DNA of 43,451 nt from Verrucomicrobiota bacterium (lineage in GTDB: Bacteria > Verrucomicrobiota > Verrucomicrobiia > Verrucomicrobiales > DEV007): positions 1-43,451 of the forward strand of contig JASFYY010000042.1 in assembly GCA_045046875.1 (NCBI GenBank). The letters are read 5' to 3'. The notes beneath the pieces are model-generated. The model was given only the letters and a program-made list of their open reading frames with translations. It ran no database searches and was not told the origin of the DNA. Below, in pieces: positions 20,312-29,757 of this stretch (positions within the stretch are counted from its first letter, which is position 1; each line of letters starts with the position of its first letter). The translations under genes were made by a program, and so were the position numbers.

Positions 20312-21127
20312 TCAATCCACGACCAGCGCACCGAAAATGACATCCTTGATGCCATGTTCTTCCGCCATTTTCACCACCGCTTTGATATCCTCCGTTCGAC
20401 ATTTTTTCTCCGCTCTGAGGTGAAGCCTGGTGAGAATCTCCCCGTTATACGGTGGCTCCTGCATTTTTTGCAACTAGTACAAAAAGAGCAGTTTGAGATT
20501 TGATTTGTTTACCGCCTTTCCTTCGAAAAAAATCTCTCCATTGTTGTTCAATTCGACCACTAAGCGACCTCCTCTCCCCATCTCTATTTCATTGTGACGT
20601 TTAACTACCTCAATGATGATGGCGTCAAAAGCGGCACTCCGCCTTCCAAAATGCCCCTTTCGCAAAGCTCTTAACATCTGTTGCACTTTGCCAGCATGAT
20701 TACCTTGCACCCAATAGAGAGCAATCCTGCAAGAACCATCGGGTAGTTTTTCGGCAAAAGCCATCTCCCAACTATCTGCATTTCGAATTTGATAAAAATA
20801 CTTATCTCTCCCAGTCTTAAAAAAATCTAGCAAGGCATCTAGTTCAAGGTTCTCGACTAATCTATTCAAAGAGCCTGCTGTTTTTAGAATTTTACCAGGC
20901 TGGGTAATAAACGAATGAGCCACTCTGACATCCCCGTCTTTTGAAGACCATTCCCAAAAAATACCTCCCACATCAGAACCCATACTTGGACAGTCCTCCA
21001 TGAACCCAGGCATCTCGACAATGTAATCATACAACTTCCAGTTGGTAGTCTTAGGCAAATCTTGACCGATCGCATCACAAACCAATGATCCGAATATTAG
21101 AAGCGAAGCAAACACAGTGGCATTCAT
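20312..21127 (-). pseudogene. Secreted protein with a C-terminal ExbD/TolR-like domain, interrupted by an in-frame TAG
   Basis: After TAG (20474-20476) the frame continues LQKMQEPPYNGEILTRLHLRAEKKCRTEDIKAVVKMAEEHGIKDVIFGALVVD* (TGA 20312-20314), completing the pattern begun by VVELNNNGEIFFEGKAV. Confidence 0.7.
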
Positions 21128-21287
21128 CGAAGCTACAATAAACTCAATCCCCTCCGTTTTTCCACCGCTATCACAACTTATACACAGTAATAACTCCAGA
21201 AAAACACAATAGAAACACAGCTCCGCCCCCTGAAATATAGATAAAATCCATTCTCACTATAATTCTTATAATTATAATAAAAAAGCC

Positions 21288-21341
21288 TTGCCTTATTCTA
21301 GAAATTATATAAACTACCCATCCCTTCGCTATTGAAGGGAT
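21288..21341 (+). promoter_or_regulatory. Putative promoter and palindrome upstream of the 21369 ORF
   Basis: TTGCCT-N16-TAAACT, then atcccttc-gctatt-gaagggat (21320-21341). Confidence 0.35.
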
Positions 21342-21368
21342 ATAAAAACAAACAACCGATCTCCTGTC

Positions 21369-21794
21369 ATGATTGATAAAACTCATTTTCGGATCCCCTC
21401 AGCTGCTGTAGAAAAGCTGGACAACCTCGCTGCAAGCACTCACAGCCATCCGGCTACAGAGCAGCCTATCGAGCGCCTCGATGAAGTTGAAAAGCGTCTC
21501 GCGCTCTTTGAGGAGATGCTTTTTGATTGCGCCATGACCTTGAAAGACAAAGTTGCCGACCGTTTGGATCAATTGGAAGACCTCTGCCACCACGAGACCG
21601 CTCAACTACGCCAGGAGTGCCAACAGGGTGAATACGACCGCAAAAAAGAACTCAACCTGCTCACTTTGAAAATCTCCGAAGCCATCGACCGCATCGCCGC
21701 AGAAAAAAATCGCTCCCAGCAGCCCGATGAAAATAGTGCTGCCCGTTTTCCCGAACTGGACAACCTACCCACCGGCCGAAAAAACGATAACTGA
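21369..21794 (+). CDS. Hypothetical coiled-coil protein
   Basis: 141-aa ORF rich in E/L/K/R with heptad-like periodicity. Confidence 0.7.
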   Translation: MIDKTHFRIPSAAVEKLDNLAASTHSHPATEQPIERLDEVEKRLALFEEMLFDCAMTLKDKVADRLDQLEDLCHHETAQLRQECQQGEYDRKKELNLLTLKISEAIDRIAAEKNRSQQPDENSAARFPELDNLPTGRKNDN

Positions 21795-21858
21795 TCTCAA
21801 ACCCACGCTACAGAATTCCACGTTGCAGAATCAGAACAATCGTGGTTGAATTGCCCAA

Positions 21859-22317
21859 ATGGAATATCATTCCGACTCTTCCTCTTCTCCTGCCGGAGCC
21901 ATCTTTAATGACCTCGGCCTCTTGATCCTGCGTTTGAGTGCTGGCTTGCCACTGCTCTACTTTCAAGGCTGGCATCAAAGCTTTCGCGCCTGGGCTTTTG
22001 TTTGGGAGAAAAAAAGCTGGAGCCTGATGGAGCAATTCAAAGAATTGGGGTTTGCCGCGCCCGGATTTTTCGCCACCGCCGTGATCCTGCTCTGTGTGGT
22101 ACTGTCTTTGGCCGTGATTTTTGCAGTTTACACCCGCATCAGCGCTTTTTTACTCCTGGTCCTGATCACTTTCATGCTGGTGGTTCCGGTGGAAATCTCC
22201 GGCAGCCTCAACGCCCAAACTCTACTGCTCTACGCCGGAATGGCATGCGCCTTGATCTTTACAGGTGCAGGCCGCATTTCCCTCGACCATCTACTAACTA
22301 GGAAAAAGCCCCTGTAA
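21859..22317 (+). CDS. DoxX family membrane protein
   Basis: DLGLLILRL N-terminus, TR..A, GAGRISLD C-terminus. Confidence 0.85.
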   Translation: MEYHSDSSSSPAGAIFNDLGLLILRLSAGLPLLYFQGWHQSFRAWAFVWEKKSWSLMEQFKELGFAAPGFFATAVILLCVVLSLAVIFAVYTRISAFLLLVLITFMLVVPVEISGSLNAQTLLLYAGMACALIFTGAGRISLDHLLTRKKPL

Positions 22318-22420
22318 TTGGCAATTTGAGCACTTTTTGCAACCAAGCGCATTTGTTATTAATTCGCTTTAAAGCCGAAAATCCCTTGCAAGATGGACAG
22401 AACACCGCCCTGTTGCCGCC

Positions 22421-23620
22421 ATGTCTCAATTTGAGGAACTCGGATTATCCAAACCTGTCCTTCGTGCCGTAGAAAAATCCGGTTACGAAACACCTACGCC
22501 CATCCAGGCGCAATCCATCCCCGTGGCACTGGAGGGACGAGACATCATCGGCGCCTCACAGACGGGTACCGGCAAGACCGCAGCCTTTTCCCTACCTATC
22601 ATTTCTAAAATGACCCCGGGGCTTCATCCCCAGTGGTTGGTGCTCGAGCCCACCCGTGAACTGGCCGCCCAAGTAGCGGAAGAAGTAAAACGCTTCAGTT
22701 TTTACCGTCCCCTCAACAGCGTTTTGTTACACGGCGGCGTCGGATACGGTGAGCAACTGGACGGATTGGAAAGCAAACCCGACATCATTCTCGCTACTCC
22801 CGGCCGCCTGCTCGATCTTATCGAAAAAGGCCACATGTCGCTGTCCCATGTCAAATACCTGGTACTCGACGAAGTGGATCGTATGCTCGACATGGGATTC
22901 CTGCCCGATGTGCGTAAAATCGTCAACATGTGTGACCAGGACAGACAAACGCTGTTTTTCTCAGCCACCATGCCACCCGCCATCCAGACCTTTGCCGAAT
23001 GGGCACTCAAAGATCCGGTGGAAATCGAAATCGGCGAACGCCGCTCTCCAGCTAAAAACGTCAAACACGCCTTTTACCCCGTCGCCATGGATCAGCGCGA
23101 CGAACTCCTGCTCGCCTTGGTGAAATCCACTGATTTCAACAGCCTGATGATTTTCACTCGGACCAAAAAAGAAGCGGACACCTTGCATTTCATGCTCAGC
23201 AGCAAATCCGAAGCCAAAGTCGCAGTGCTACATTCGGACATCAAACAAAATGACCGAACCAAAGCTCTGGCAGGTTTCCGTTCCGGCGATTTTGATATTA
23301 TCATCGCCACCGACCTCGCTGCGCGTGGCCTCGATGTCACTGGAGTCACTCACGTGATCAACTACCGCGTGCCCGAAAACGCCGAAGACTACGTTCACCG
23401 TATCGGCCGCACCGGCCGCGCTGAAAAGGAAGGCGATGCTTTCACTCTGCTTTCCGGTGACGAACTGGACAATGCCAAGGCGGTAGAAGTCTTCATCGAC
23501 AAAAAAATCGAACGCCGCAAACTCGAAAACTTTGATTACATTTACACCGCCCTGCTGGATGCCGAACCACCCAAACCCGTGCGCAAACGCCGCCCGCCTG
23601 CTCCCAGACGGCGCCGTTGA
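22421..23620 (+). CDS. DEAD-box RNA helicase
   Basis: Q motif PTPIQ, QTGTGKT, PTRELA, DEVD, SAT, ARGLD, HRIGRTGR. Confidence 0.96.
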   Translation: MSQFEELGLSKPVLRAVEKSGYETPTPIQAQSIPVALEGRDIIGASQTGTGKTAAFSLPIISKMTPGLHPQWLVLEPTRELAAQVAEEVKRFSFYRPLNSVLLHGGVGYGEQLDGLESKPDIILATPGRLLDLIEKGHMSLSHVKYLVLDEVDRMLDMGFLPDVRKIVNMCDQDRQTLFFSATMPPAIQTFAEWALKDPVEIEIGERRSPAKNVKHAFYPVAMDQRDELLLALVKSTDFNSLMIFTRTKKEADTLHFMLSSKSEAKVAVLHSDIKQNDRTKALAGFRSGDFDIIIATDLAARGLDVTGVTHVINYRVPENAEDYVHRIGRTGRAEKEGDAFTLLSGDELDNAKAVEVFIDKKIERRKLENFDYIYTALLDAEPPKPVRKRRPPAPRRRR

Positions 23621-23644
23621 ACATTTTCCCTTTACCCTGACTTT

Positions 23645-24160
23645 ATGCGCGTCCTTTCCATCGATCCCGCGCTTCGCAATACCGGTTATGCTATCATCGA
23701 ACGCATAACGAGCCAAGGCAGCCCCACATACCAGGCGCTTACTTACGGCGTGGTCAAAAACTCACGCAAGCTTCGCCAATCCGGCTGCCTGGTCGCTATT
23801 CGCGAACAGATCAACGATGTGATCCGCAAATACCAACCCGAGCAGTGCGCCATCGAGGGAGTCATTTTCGTGCAAAGTTATAAAACAGCCATCACCCTCG
23901 GAGCCGCACGGGGGGCATCAATGATTGCTGCCGGTGACCACGGACTCGATATTTACGAATACGCCCCGCGACGAGTCAAACAAGCCGTTGTCGGTCGGGG
24001 CGCCGCTGACAAACAACAGGTTGCCTTCATGATCCGAGCTCTGCTCAAGCTCACAGAAACGCCTGACCCCGATGAAGCCGACGCCCTGGCTATTGGACTA
24101 GCCCACTTTTACGCCATTGATAGCAACCGCCCGCTCTCCAACCAAGCTGATCCGATATAG
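23645..24160 (+). CDS. ruvC: Holliday junction resolvase RuvC
   Basis: IDP..NTGY, AIE, VKQAVVGRG.ADKQQV, DEADALAIGL.H. Confidence 0.95.
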   Translation: MRVLSIDPALRNTGYAIIERITSQGSPTYQALTYGVVKNSRKLRQSGCLVAIREQINDVIRKYQPEQCAIEGVIFVQSYKTAITLGAARGASMIAAGDHGLDIYEYAPRRVKQAVVGRGAADKQQVAFMIRALLKLTETPDPDEADALAIGLAHFYAIDSNRPLSNQADPI

Positions 24161-24268
24161 TCCAACTCTCCCTTCATATTAAGTCTCGGAAATTAATACT
24201 TAAAGGAAACGATTGCCGAGCCTAGCGCTTTGCGTAAAGATAGAGAATCTGAGCAAGATCTCCTTATC

Positions 24269-26167
24269 ATGATATTGGCCGCTGTATTTCAAGAGGACCG
24301 CAACCGACGAGTCCTCATCCGTATGGATGAGACACCACTCAAAATCGGTCGCAGCCCCCAGCCCACCCTTGAGGAAGATGTCGTTCTGGTACGCATCCCA
24401 TGGAATGACCGCTTGATCAGCCGCAATCATTTCATCACCAGCTTGCAAGGCGAAGAACTCATGGTGGAGCGACTGCCTGCCCTGCCAGGACGCACCCCTC
24501 CTAACGAATTTTACAGCAACGCCCCCTATGATCAGCGGCAAGCCTTGCCCGATCCCCTGCGGTTAAAAGTTGGTGACTCCTTCGTCGTTGGAAAAAATGG
24601 TCACACCTCGTTTTATTGTCTAAACTCGGAAAGCGATTTGGATAAAGCTCTGGCACAATACGATCAGCAAAGCTCGTCCAAAGAGAGCCACTTCGAGTCC
24701 AAACACACCAGCAGTGTCCACTACGACGAAGTCGAAGCACTGGATGAATACAGCTTGCGCTTGCAACTCAAACTTTTACAACGCGAATTACCCGAACAGG
24801 TACTCAGCGGATGGACCGGCACCACCGAGCTGTTCACCCGTGCCGCCACCTTTTTACAAAATGCCTTACCTGGGCAAAAAGGCGTCACCGCTGCCTTTCT
24901 CGCACTTGAGCCCGGCAAATACGAACTGCTCAACCCTGACCCTAACATACCTGCCAACTTTCAACCCAGCAGCACCCTGCTGAGCGAACTAAGCGTCACC
25001 GACCCGTCGCCAGGAGACATTCACGTCTGGACCTCGGAAGAGGAAGAAGCGATCTTTGCCAATCGCAGCCTCGGATCGCAGGTGGATTGGGTAGCCGCCT
25101 TGCCAGTTTCTGTTTTGGATGAAGGCTCTGCGGTTTTACGAGACCGCAAAAACAGGCCCATTTACCTTTATATTGAAACTCGACAAGCCTCGGCGACTGC
25201 GGCCAAGTCATTCATCCCTTTTTTACGGCTCATCGCCTCCTTGGTAGCCAGCCTGCTATCCGCACGTGCCAAACAGCGCATTCAGGATCAGATGTCTTCC
25301 TATTTTTCTCCCGCCCTCAGACGCCTGTTGCGAGACGGGAACGAAGAACAACTCGAACCCTCGATGACCGAATGCACCGTGCTGTTCTGCGACCGCCGCG
25401 GCTCCTCACGCATCATGGAAAAGGCCCGCACCGATGAAGAAATCCTAATCCAGCTCGAAGACAACCAGGCTGTCGTTGGTGAGATCATTCAGAATGTGTT
25501 CGACCACGACGGAGTGATCACCGACTTCGCCGGTGATGGAGTTCTGGCGCTGTGGGGCTGGCCCACTCACGTCACTGCCAGTGAACAACACGCTCTGCAT
25601 GCGGTTAATACCGCCTACGCCATCGCCAGTCACTTCACGTCCCGGGTTGAATACAGCAAAAAAAGGCGCCAACACTTTTCACCCATTCGAATTGGTGTCA
25701 GCACCGGCCGCATTGCGGTGGGGAAAACCGGCCCTGCCCAGCAAATGCACATCAGTGTATTCGGGCGCCAGGTCAATTTCGGCGCGCGGCTTGAAAGCAT
25801 CGCCAAAGAGTTCGGCATCCCGGTTCTGGTATCGAGTGAAACCATCTGGCAAATGCCGGAAACTTCCCATCGTTTCCGCAAGCTGTGTTACATGAAACCT
25901 GCGGGGTTCCTGCAATCCTACCCGATTTTCGAATTAATCCTGCCAAAAGAACTGGGCGGCAGCGGCGCAGACGACACTCATATAGAGATATATGAACAAG
26001 CTCTGCAGTTGTTTGTCGAAAGAAAGTGGAGGGAGTGTCGTCAACTGCTGGAGAACCTGCCTCGCGATGATCAACCCGCGCGCTGGTTGCATGGAAAAAC
26101 TGATAAATACAGCAACAAAAATCTACCTGATAACTGGGATGGCTCCATCAGCAGTCTTGCAAAGTAG
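24269..26167 (+). CDS. FHA domain + GAF-like region + class III nucleotide cyclase
   Basis: FHA (IGRS..ISRNH..N); cyclase TVLFCDRRG, FAGDG, RIGVSTG, VNFGARLE; C-terminal helical PDNWDG tail. The GAF-like assignment of the middle region is tentative. Confidence 0.85.
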   Translation: MILAAVFQEDRNRRVLIRMDETPLKIGRSPQPTLEEDVVLVRIPWNDRLISRNHFITSLQGEELMVERLPALPGRTPPNEFYSNAPYDQRQALPDPLRLKVGDSFVVGKNGHTSFYCLNSESDLDKALAQYDQQSSSKESHFESKHTSSVHYDEVEALDEYSLRLQLKLLQRELPEQVLSGWTGTTELFTRAATFLQNALPGQKGVTAAFLALEPGKYELLNPDPNIPANFQPSSTLLSELSVTDPSPGDIHVWTSEEEEAIFANRSLGSQVDWVAALPVSVLDEGSAVLRDRKNRPIYLYIETRQASATAAKSFIPFLRLIASLVASLLSARAKQRIQDQMSSYFSPALRRLLRDGNEEQLEPSMTECTVLFCDRRGSSRIMEKARTDEEILIQLEDNQAVVGEIIQNVFDHDGVITDFAGDGVLALWGWPTHVTASEQHALHAVNTAYAIASHFTSRVEYSKKRRQHFSPIRIGVSTGRIAVGKTGPAQQMHISVFGRQVNFGARLESIAKEFGIPVLVSSETIWQMPETSHRFRKLCYMKPAGFLQSYPIFELILPKELGGSGADDTHIEIYEQALQLFVERKWRECRQLLENLPRDDQPARWLHGKTDKYSNKNLPDNWDGSISSLAK

Positions 26168-26209
26168 TGCCTCGGCGCCAAATACCCAGACGCCTTATTC
26201 ATCGTCCAA

Positions 26210-28363
26210 GTGAAAAAAGAATTCACCATCAGCGATTACCAGATCCACTTGCCCGCCTTGGGTGAAGGGGCTTTTGGTACCGTCTACCGGGCTACCTACC
26301 GGGGCATCAGTGACCGTGCCCTCAAGATTTTCCGCCCCGACGCGGTCGACCTCTCCACCATGGCTCGGGAACTGGAGAAACTCTCATCGGTGGCCGAACA
26401 CCACGGCATCGTCACCTTGCATGACTTTGATCTCTTATCTGACTCTCCCTACTACGCCATGGGTTTGCACGCAGACTCCCAGCCCGACGGCTCGTGGAAA
26501 ACCCGCACGCTTGAAGGTCTGGAAAACAATACCGACCCACGCGAGTCCTGGCGCCTAATCCGAGAAATCGCTGATGCTCTGGCTTACCTCCATCGCAATC
26601 AAATCATTCACTGCGACGTCAAACCCAGCAACATTCTGTTAACTGACGAAAATCCGACCCAAATAAAATTATGCGACTTCGGCCAAAGCCGCAACGAAGC
26701 CGTGGAAAATGTCGATCCCGCCGGCACTCCGCTTTACGCCAGTCCCGAACAATTGCGTGATCCACGCGACTCCGCCGACGGCAAAGGTTTCCGTTGGGAT
26801 GTTTACAGCTTCGGAGTGGTCGCCTACAAACTGATCACCGGCCACCTTCCGCGTCTGGAAAAAATTTCAGCTTCAGATGTTTCCAGCTTTGATCTGGAAG
26901 CGACCATTGCCGAAGCTGACCTGGATGATACCATCGCCGATGGCAGTGGTATCAACGGAGAGACCCTTGCCAACCTGATCGAAAGTGAGGAGGAAATCGT
27001 CTGGCCCGAGCGCATCCGCATCCACCCTGACCGCCGGGAGTTGATCGAACGTTGCCTCAGCACCGATCCAAAAAAACGTTTTGCTGATATGCGCGAGGTA
27101 TGGAACCTCATCAAGCACATTGACCAACAACGAGTTGTCAATCGAGCCCGGCGCCTAAGCTTCCTTTTCGCCACCCTTCTTTTTGCCGCCATCTGGGCCA
27201 CGGGTTTTGCTTTTGTGCAAGCCAAACGCGCTAAAGAAGCGATCGAAGAAAGTCACACCAATCGTGAACAAGCTGAAAAGCTGGTGCTGTTCATCATCAA
27301 TAACTTGAACTCCGAACTGTCCCGCAGCGGTCAACTCGAGCTGCTGGAGCACATCGGTCACAACGCCGATACCTACCTCGAAAATTTGTCCACCGGCCAG
27401 CGCTCCGGGCAAACTTTGCTACGCCTGTCCGCCAACACCGCAGCAATGAAAGGCGAAGCCGCGCTGCGCAAAGGCGAGTTGGACTTTGCCCTTCAACACC
27501 TCAAGAGCGCCTACGAGATCCACTCCAAACTGCTGGAAGAAAATCCCGACGATAGCAGCCTGGTTGATTTGACCTCCAATGACCTGATGGGCATTGCCAA
27601 GGTTTTCGACCAACAACAAAAATACGACGAAGCCATCGAACAGTGCCAACAAGCCTACGATTTGCGTACCCGCAACCTGAGAAACAGCACCATTGAAGAC
27701 CCCCAACTCATCCCTAGAGTGACTCAATGCCTGTCACACATCGCCGACCTCCAAAAACGCAAGGGCGAGCCCGATGACGCCCTCGAAACTTACCATCGTG
27801 CCATCGAGCTCTACAGCGAAGCTCTCACCAAAGCTTCCAAAACCTCCCAGGCCGTTCTGCTAAGCAACTTGCTCAAAATTCTACCCAAGCAAGCCTCCCT
27901 ACAATTGGAAGAAGGTGATGACCGAACCGCCCGTGACACCATCCTGACCGTCTTCGCTTATGCTACTCAACTCAGTGCACTCGGTGAAGATCATGCCCTC
28001 GACAGTCAGGTTGCCAAAGCTGACGCCAATCGTTTTCTAGGAAAAATTTACCTGGGCATGAATGATAAAACCTCTGCTTTGAAATTTTTCCGCCAGGAAG
28101 TTCCCCTGCGGGAGAACATCAGCTCAAACCTCGCACCCCAAACCCCCGAATATAAAACCCAACTGGCAGAATCACTGGCCCTCTTCGCCACCAGTAAAGA
28201 TCTCACATTGCCAGAAGACCGCACCGTAGCCATCAACAGCTACCAAGACGCCATTCGCAGTCTGGAACGACTCCCTCCATCCGTAAAAAAGGACGAAAAC
28301 ATTCGTGCCCGTCTCGCTGACTACCGTGAAAAAATCGACCTAATTTACGAAATGGACGAATAA
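26210..28363 (+). CDS. Hanks-type Ser/Thr kinase with TM helix and TPR-like C-terminus
   Basis: GEGAFGTVY, ALK, HCDVKPSN, DFG, GTPLYASPE, DVYSFG; TM LSFLFATLLFAAIWATGFAFV; helical repeats. Confidence 0.92.
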   Translation: MKKEFTISDYQIHLPALGEGAFGTVYRATYRGISDRALKIFRPDAVDLSTMARELEKLSSVAEHHGIVTLHDFDLLSDSPYYAMGLHADSQPDGSWKTRTLEGLENNTDPRESWRLIREIADALAYLHRNQIIHCDVKPSNILLTDENPTQIKLCDFGQSRNEAVENVDPAGTPLYASPEQLRDPRDSADGKGFRWDVYSFGVVAYKLITGHLPRLEKISASDVSSFDLEATIAEADLDDTIADGSGINGETLANLIESEEEIVWPERIRIHPDRRELIERCLSTDPKKRFADMREVWNLIKHIDQQRVVNRARRLSFLFATLLFAAIWATGFAFVQAKRAKEAIEESHTNREQAEKLVLFIINNLNSELSRSGQLELLEHIGHNADTYLENLSTGQRSGQTLLRLSANTAAMKGEAALRKGELDFALQHLKSAYEIHSKLLEENPDDSSLVDLTSNDLMGIAKVFDQQQKYDEAIEQCQQAYDLRTRNLRNSTIEDPQLIPRVTQCLSHIADLQKRKGEPDDALETYHRAIELYSEALTKASKTSQAVLLSNLLKILPKQASLQLEEGDDRTARDTILTVFAYATQLSALGEDHALDSQVAKADANRFLGKIYLGMNDKTSALKFFRQEVPLRENISSNLAPQTPEYKTQLAESLALFATSKDLTLPEDRTVAINSYQDAIRSLERLPPSVKKDENIRARLADYREKIDLIYEMDE

Positions 28364-28381
28364 GGACTGAAAGACCCGCAC

Positions 28382-28419
28382 AAAAAAACCTCCCACCGGA
28401 AATCCAATGGGAGGTCTTT
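28382..28419. terminator. Terminator between convergent genes (U tract on the - strand)
   Basis: A7-cctccca-N12-tgggaggt-cttt. Confidence 0.7.
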
Positions 28420-28438
28420 AAAGTTTATCGAGTTATTT

Positions 28439-29713
28439 TTAACTCACCAGCTTCATCACCGGCTTGCCTTTGTTGGCAAAAGTGAAGGGACGACGAGTTG
28501 GTGAATAAATCGTCTCATCCAAATCGATACCCATTGCATAGCCAATCGTTGCAATGAAGTCCGCTGGTTCAACAGGATCATTCTTAACCTTTTTACCCAT
28601 CTTATCGGTCGAGCCATACACTTGACCTCCCACAATGCCACCACCGGCCAACATGGTCGAATAAGCAACGGGGTAGTGATCCCTACCAGCATTCATATTG
28701 ATAGTTGGAGTTCTACCAAAGTCAGTATTCACCGCGATCAAGGTGCTGTCCAAAAGACCTGCCGCCTCAAGATCCTCGATCAGAGCCGTCAAGGCCTTAT
28801 CGAGTGCCGGGATTCGTCCCTGCAACGCATTATCTAATCCAATGTGCATATCAAAACCGCCCGCAACCACTTCGATCACCCGGACACCGTTTTCAACCAA
28901 ACGCTTGGCCAGCAAACAACCTTGCCCCAAACGACCTGATCCGTATTTCTCACCATTGGCTTCCTGGGAAATATCAAAGGCTTCCAAATCGTCGCTTTTC
29001 AGCAATTTATTGGCCTGCTTGTAATATTCCACATAAGACTGAGCGCTGGCGTATTTGTATTTGTCAGCAAATTTTTTGCCCAAGCCCTGCGCCATTTCCA
29101 TCCGTCGTTCGAAACGGGATTCATCAGTTTGAATAATCGAGTTTGGCACCCCGCCAGCAGGATCTGCAATCGGCAGCGGGCTTCTCGACGGATCGAGATA
29201 ACCTGCATTGGAAGTGCTCTGCCCCACCACCACACTGTCAGGCAAAATCTTACCGCGTTTGCCCAATAATTCCTCAGCAAAGGGCCCCAGTGTCGGATGC
29301 ACAATAGTCGCCCGTTTGGCATAACCGGTGCGGTTCATGTACTGCGCCACTTCATGCGCCCCATTGGTCGAAGTCATGCTGTTGATGATCGCCAGTTTGT
29401 CCGCATGTTTTGCCAGTCCGGTAAAATGATTACCCAGACGCAAACCGTCCACATTAGTCGAGATCGCCTCACTAGGCCCCATCACCGTGCTGTTATCCTT
29501 GGGATCAAAGGTATCGAGATGCGTCATGCCACCAGAAAGGTAGATGTAGATCATGCTCTTTGCTTTACCTGTGTCGGTTTTGCCCGCAGCGGCACTCACC
29601 ACCGTCGGCAGCATACCTGCCACCCCTACCCCCAAGCTGAGTTGCGCAGCTCTTTCAATAAAAGCGCGGCGACCCAGTTCGTTTTTACCTGCCAAATTAA
29701 ATAAATCTTTCAT
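28439..29713 (-). CDS. DUF1501 family protein, Tat-type signal
   Basis: GRRAF; IYIYLSGGMTHLDTFDPK, CLLAKRLVENGV, DFGRTP.IN..AGRDH, AGGGIVGG. Confidence 0.92.
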   Translation of the reverse strand: MKDLFNLAGKNELGRRAFIERAAQLSLGVGVAGMLPTVVSAAAGKTDTGKAKSMIYIYLSGGMTHLDTFDPKDNSTVMGPSEAISTNVDGLRLGNHFTGLAKHADKLAIINSMTSTNGAHEVAQYMNRTGYAKRATIVHPTLGPFAEELLGKRGKILPDSVVVGQSTSNAGYLDPSRSPLPIADPAGGVPNSIIQTDESRFERRMEMAQGLGKKFADKYKYASAQSYVEYYKQANKLLKSDDLEAFDISQEANGEKYGSGRLGQGCLLAKRLVENGVRVIEVVAGGFDMHIGLDNALQGRIPALDKALTALIEDLEAAGLLDSTLIAVNTDFGRTPTINMNAGRDHYPVAYSTMLAGGGIVGGQVYGSTDKMGKKVKNDPVEPADFIATIGYAMGIDLDETIYSPTRRPFTFANKGKPVMKLVS

Positions 29714-29757
29714 GATTTTATATATAAATGTTAATCGTTTATTAATTCCCCGTCACC

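Noticed and set aside
20474..20476. Pyrrolysine or stop-codon reassignment at the TAG
   Set aside because: No pyl genes in the window, and TAG ends other genes normally (ruvC, ilvD, trpD, RRM).
21171..21386. 71-aa hydrophobic ORF on the - strand
   Set aside because: Lies in very AT-rich DNA and overlaps the putative promoter and start of the 21369 gene; a gene remnant cannot be excluded.
24269..26167. Pycsar/CBASS anti-phage system
   Set aside because: No cyclic-nucleotide-binding effector or defence-island context; the FHA-kinase setting points to signalling.
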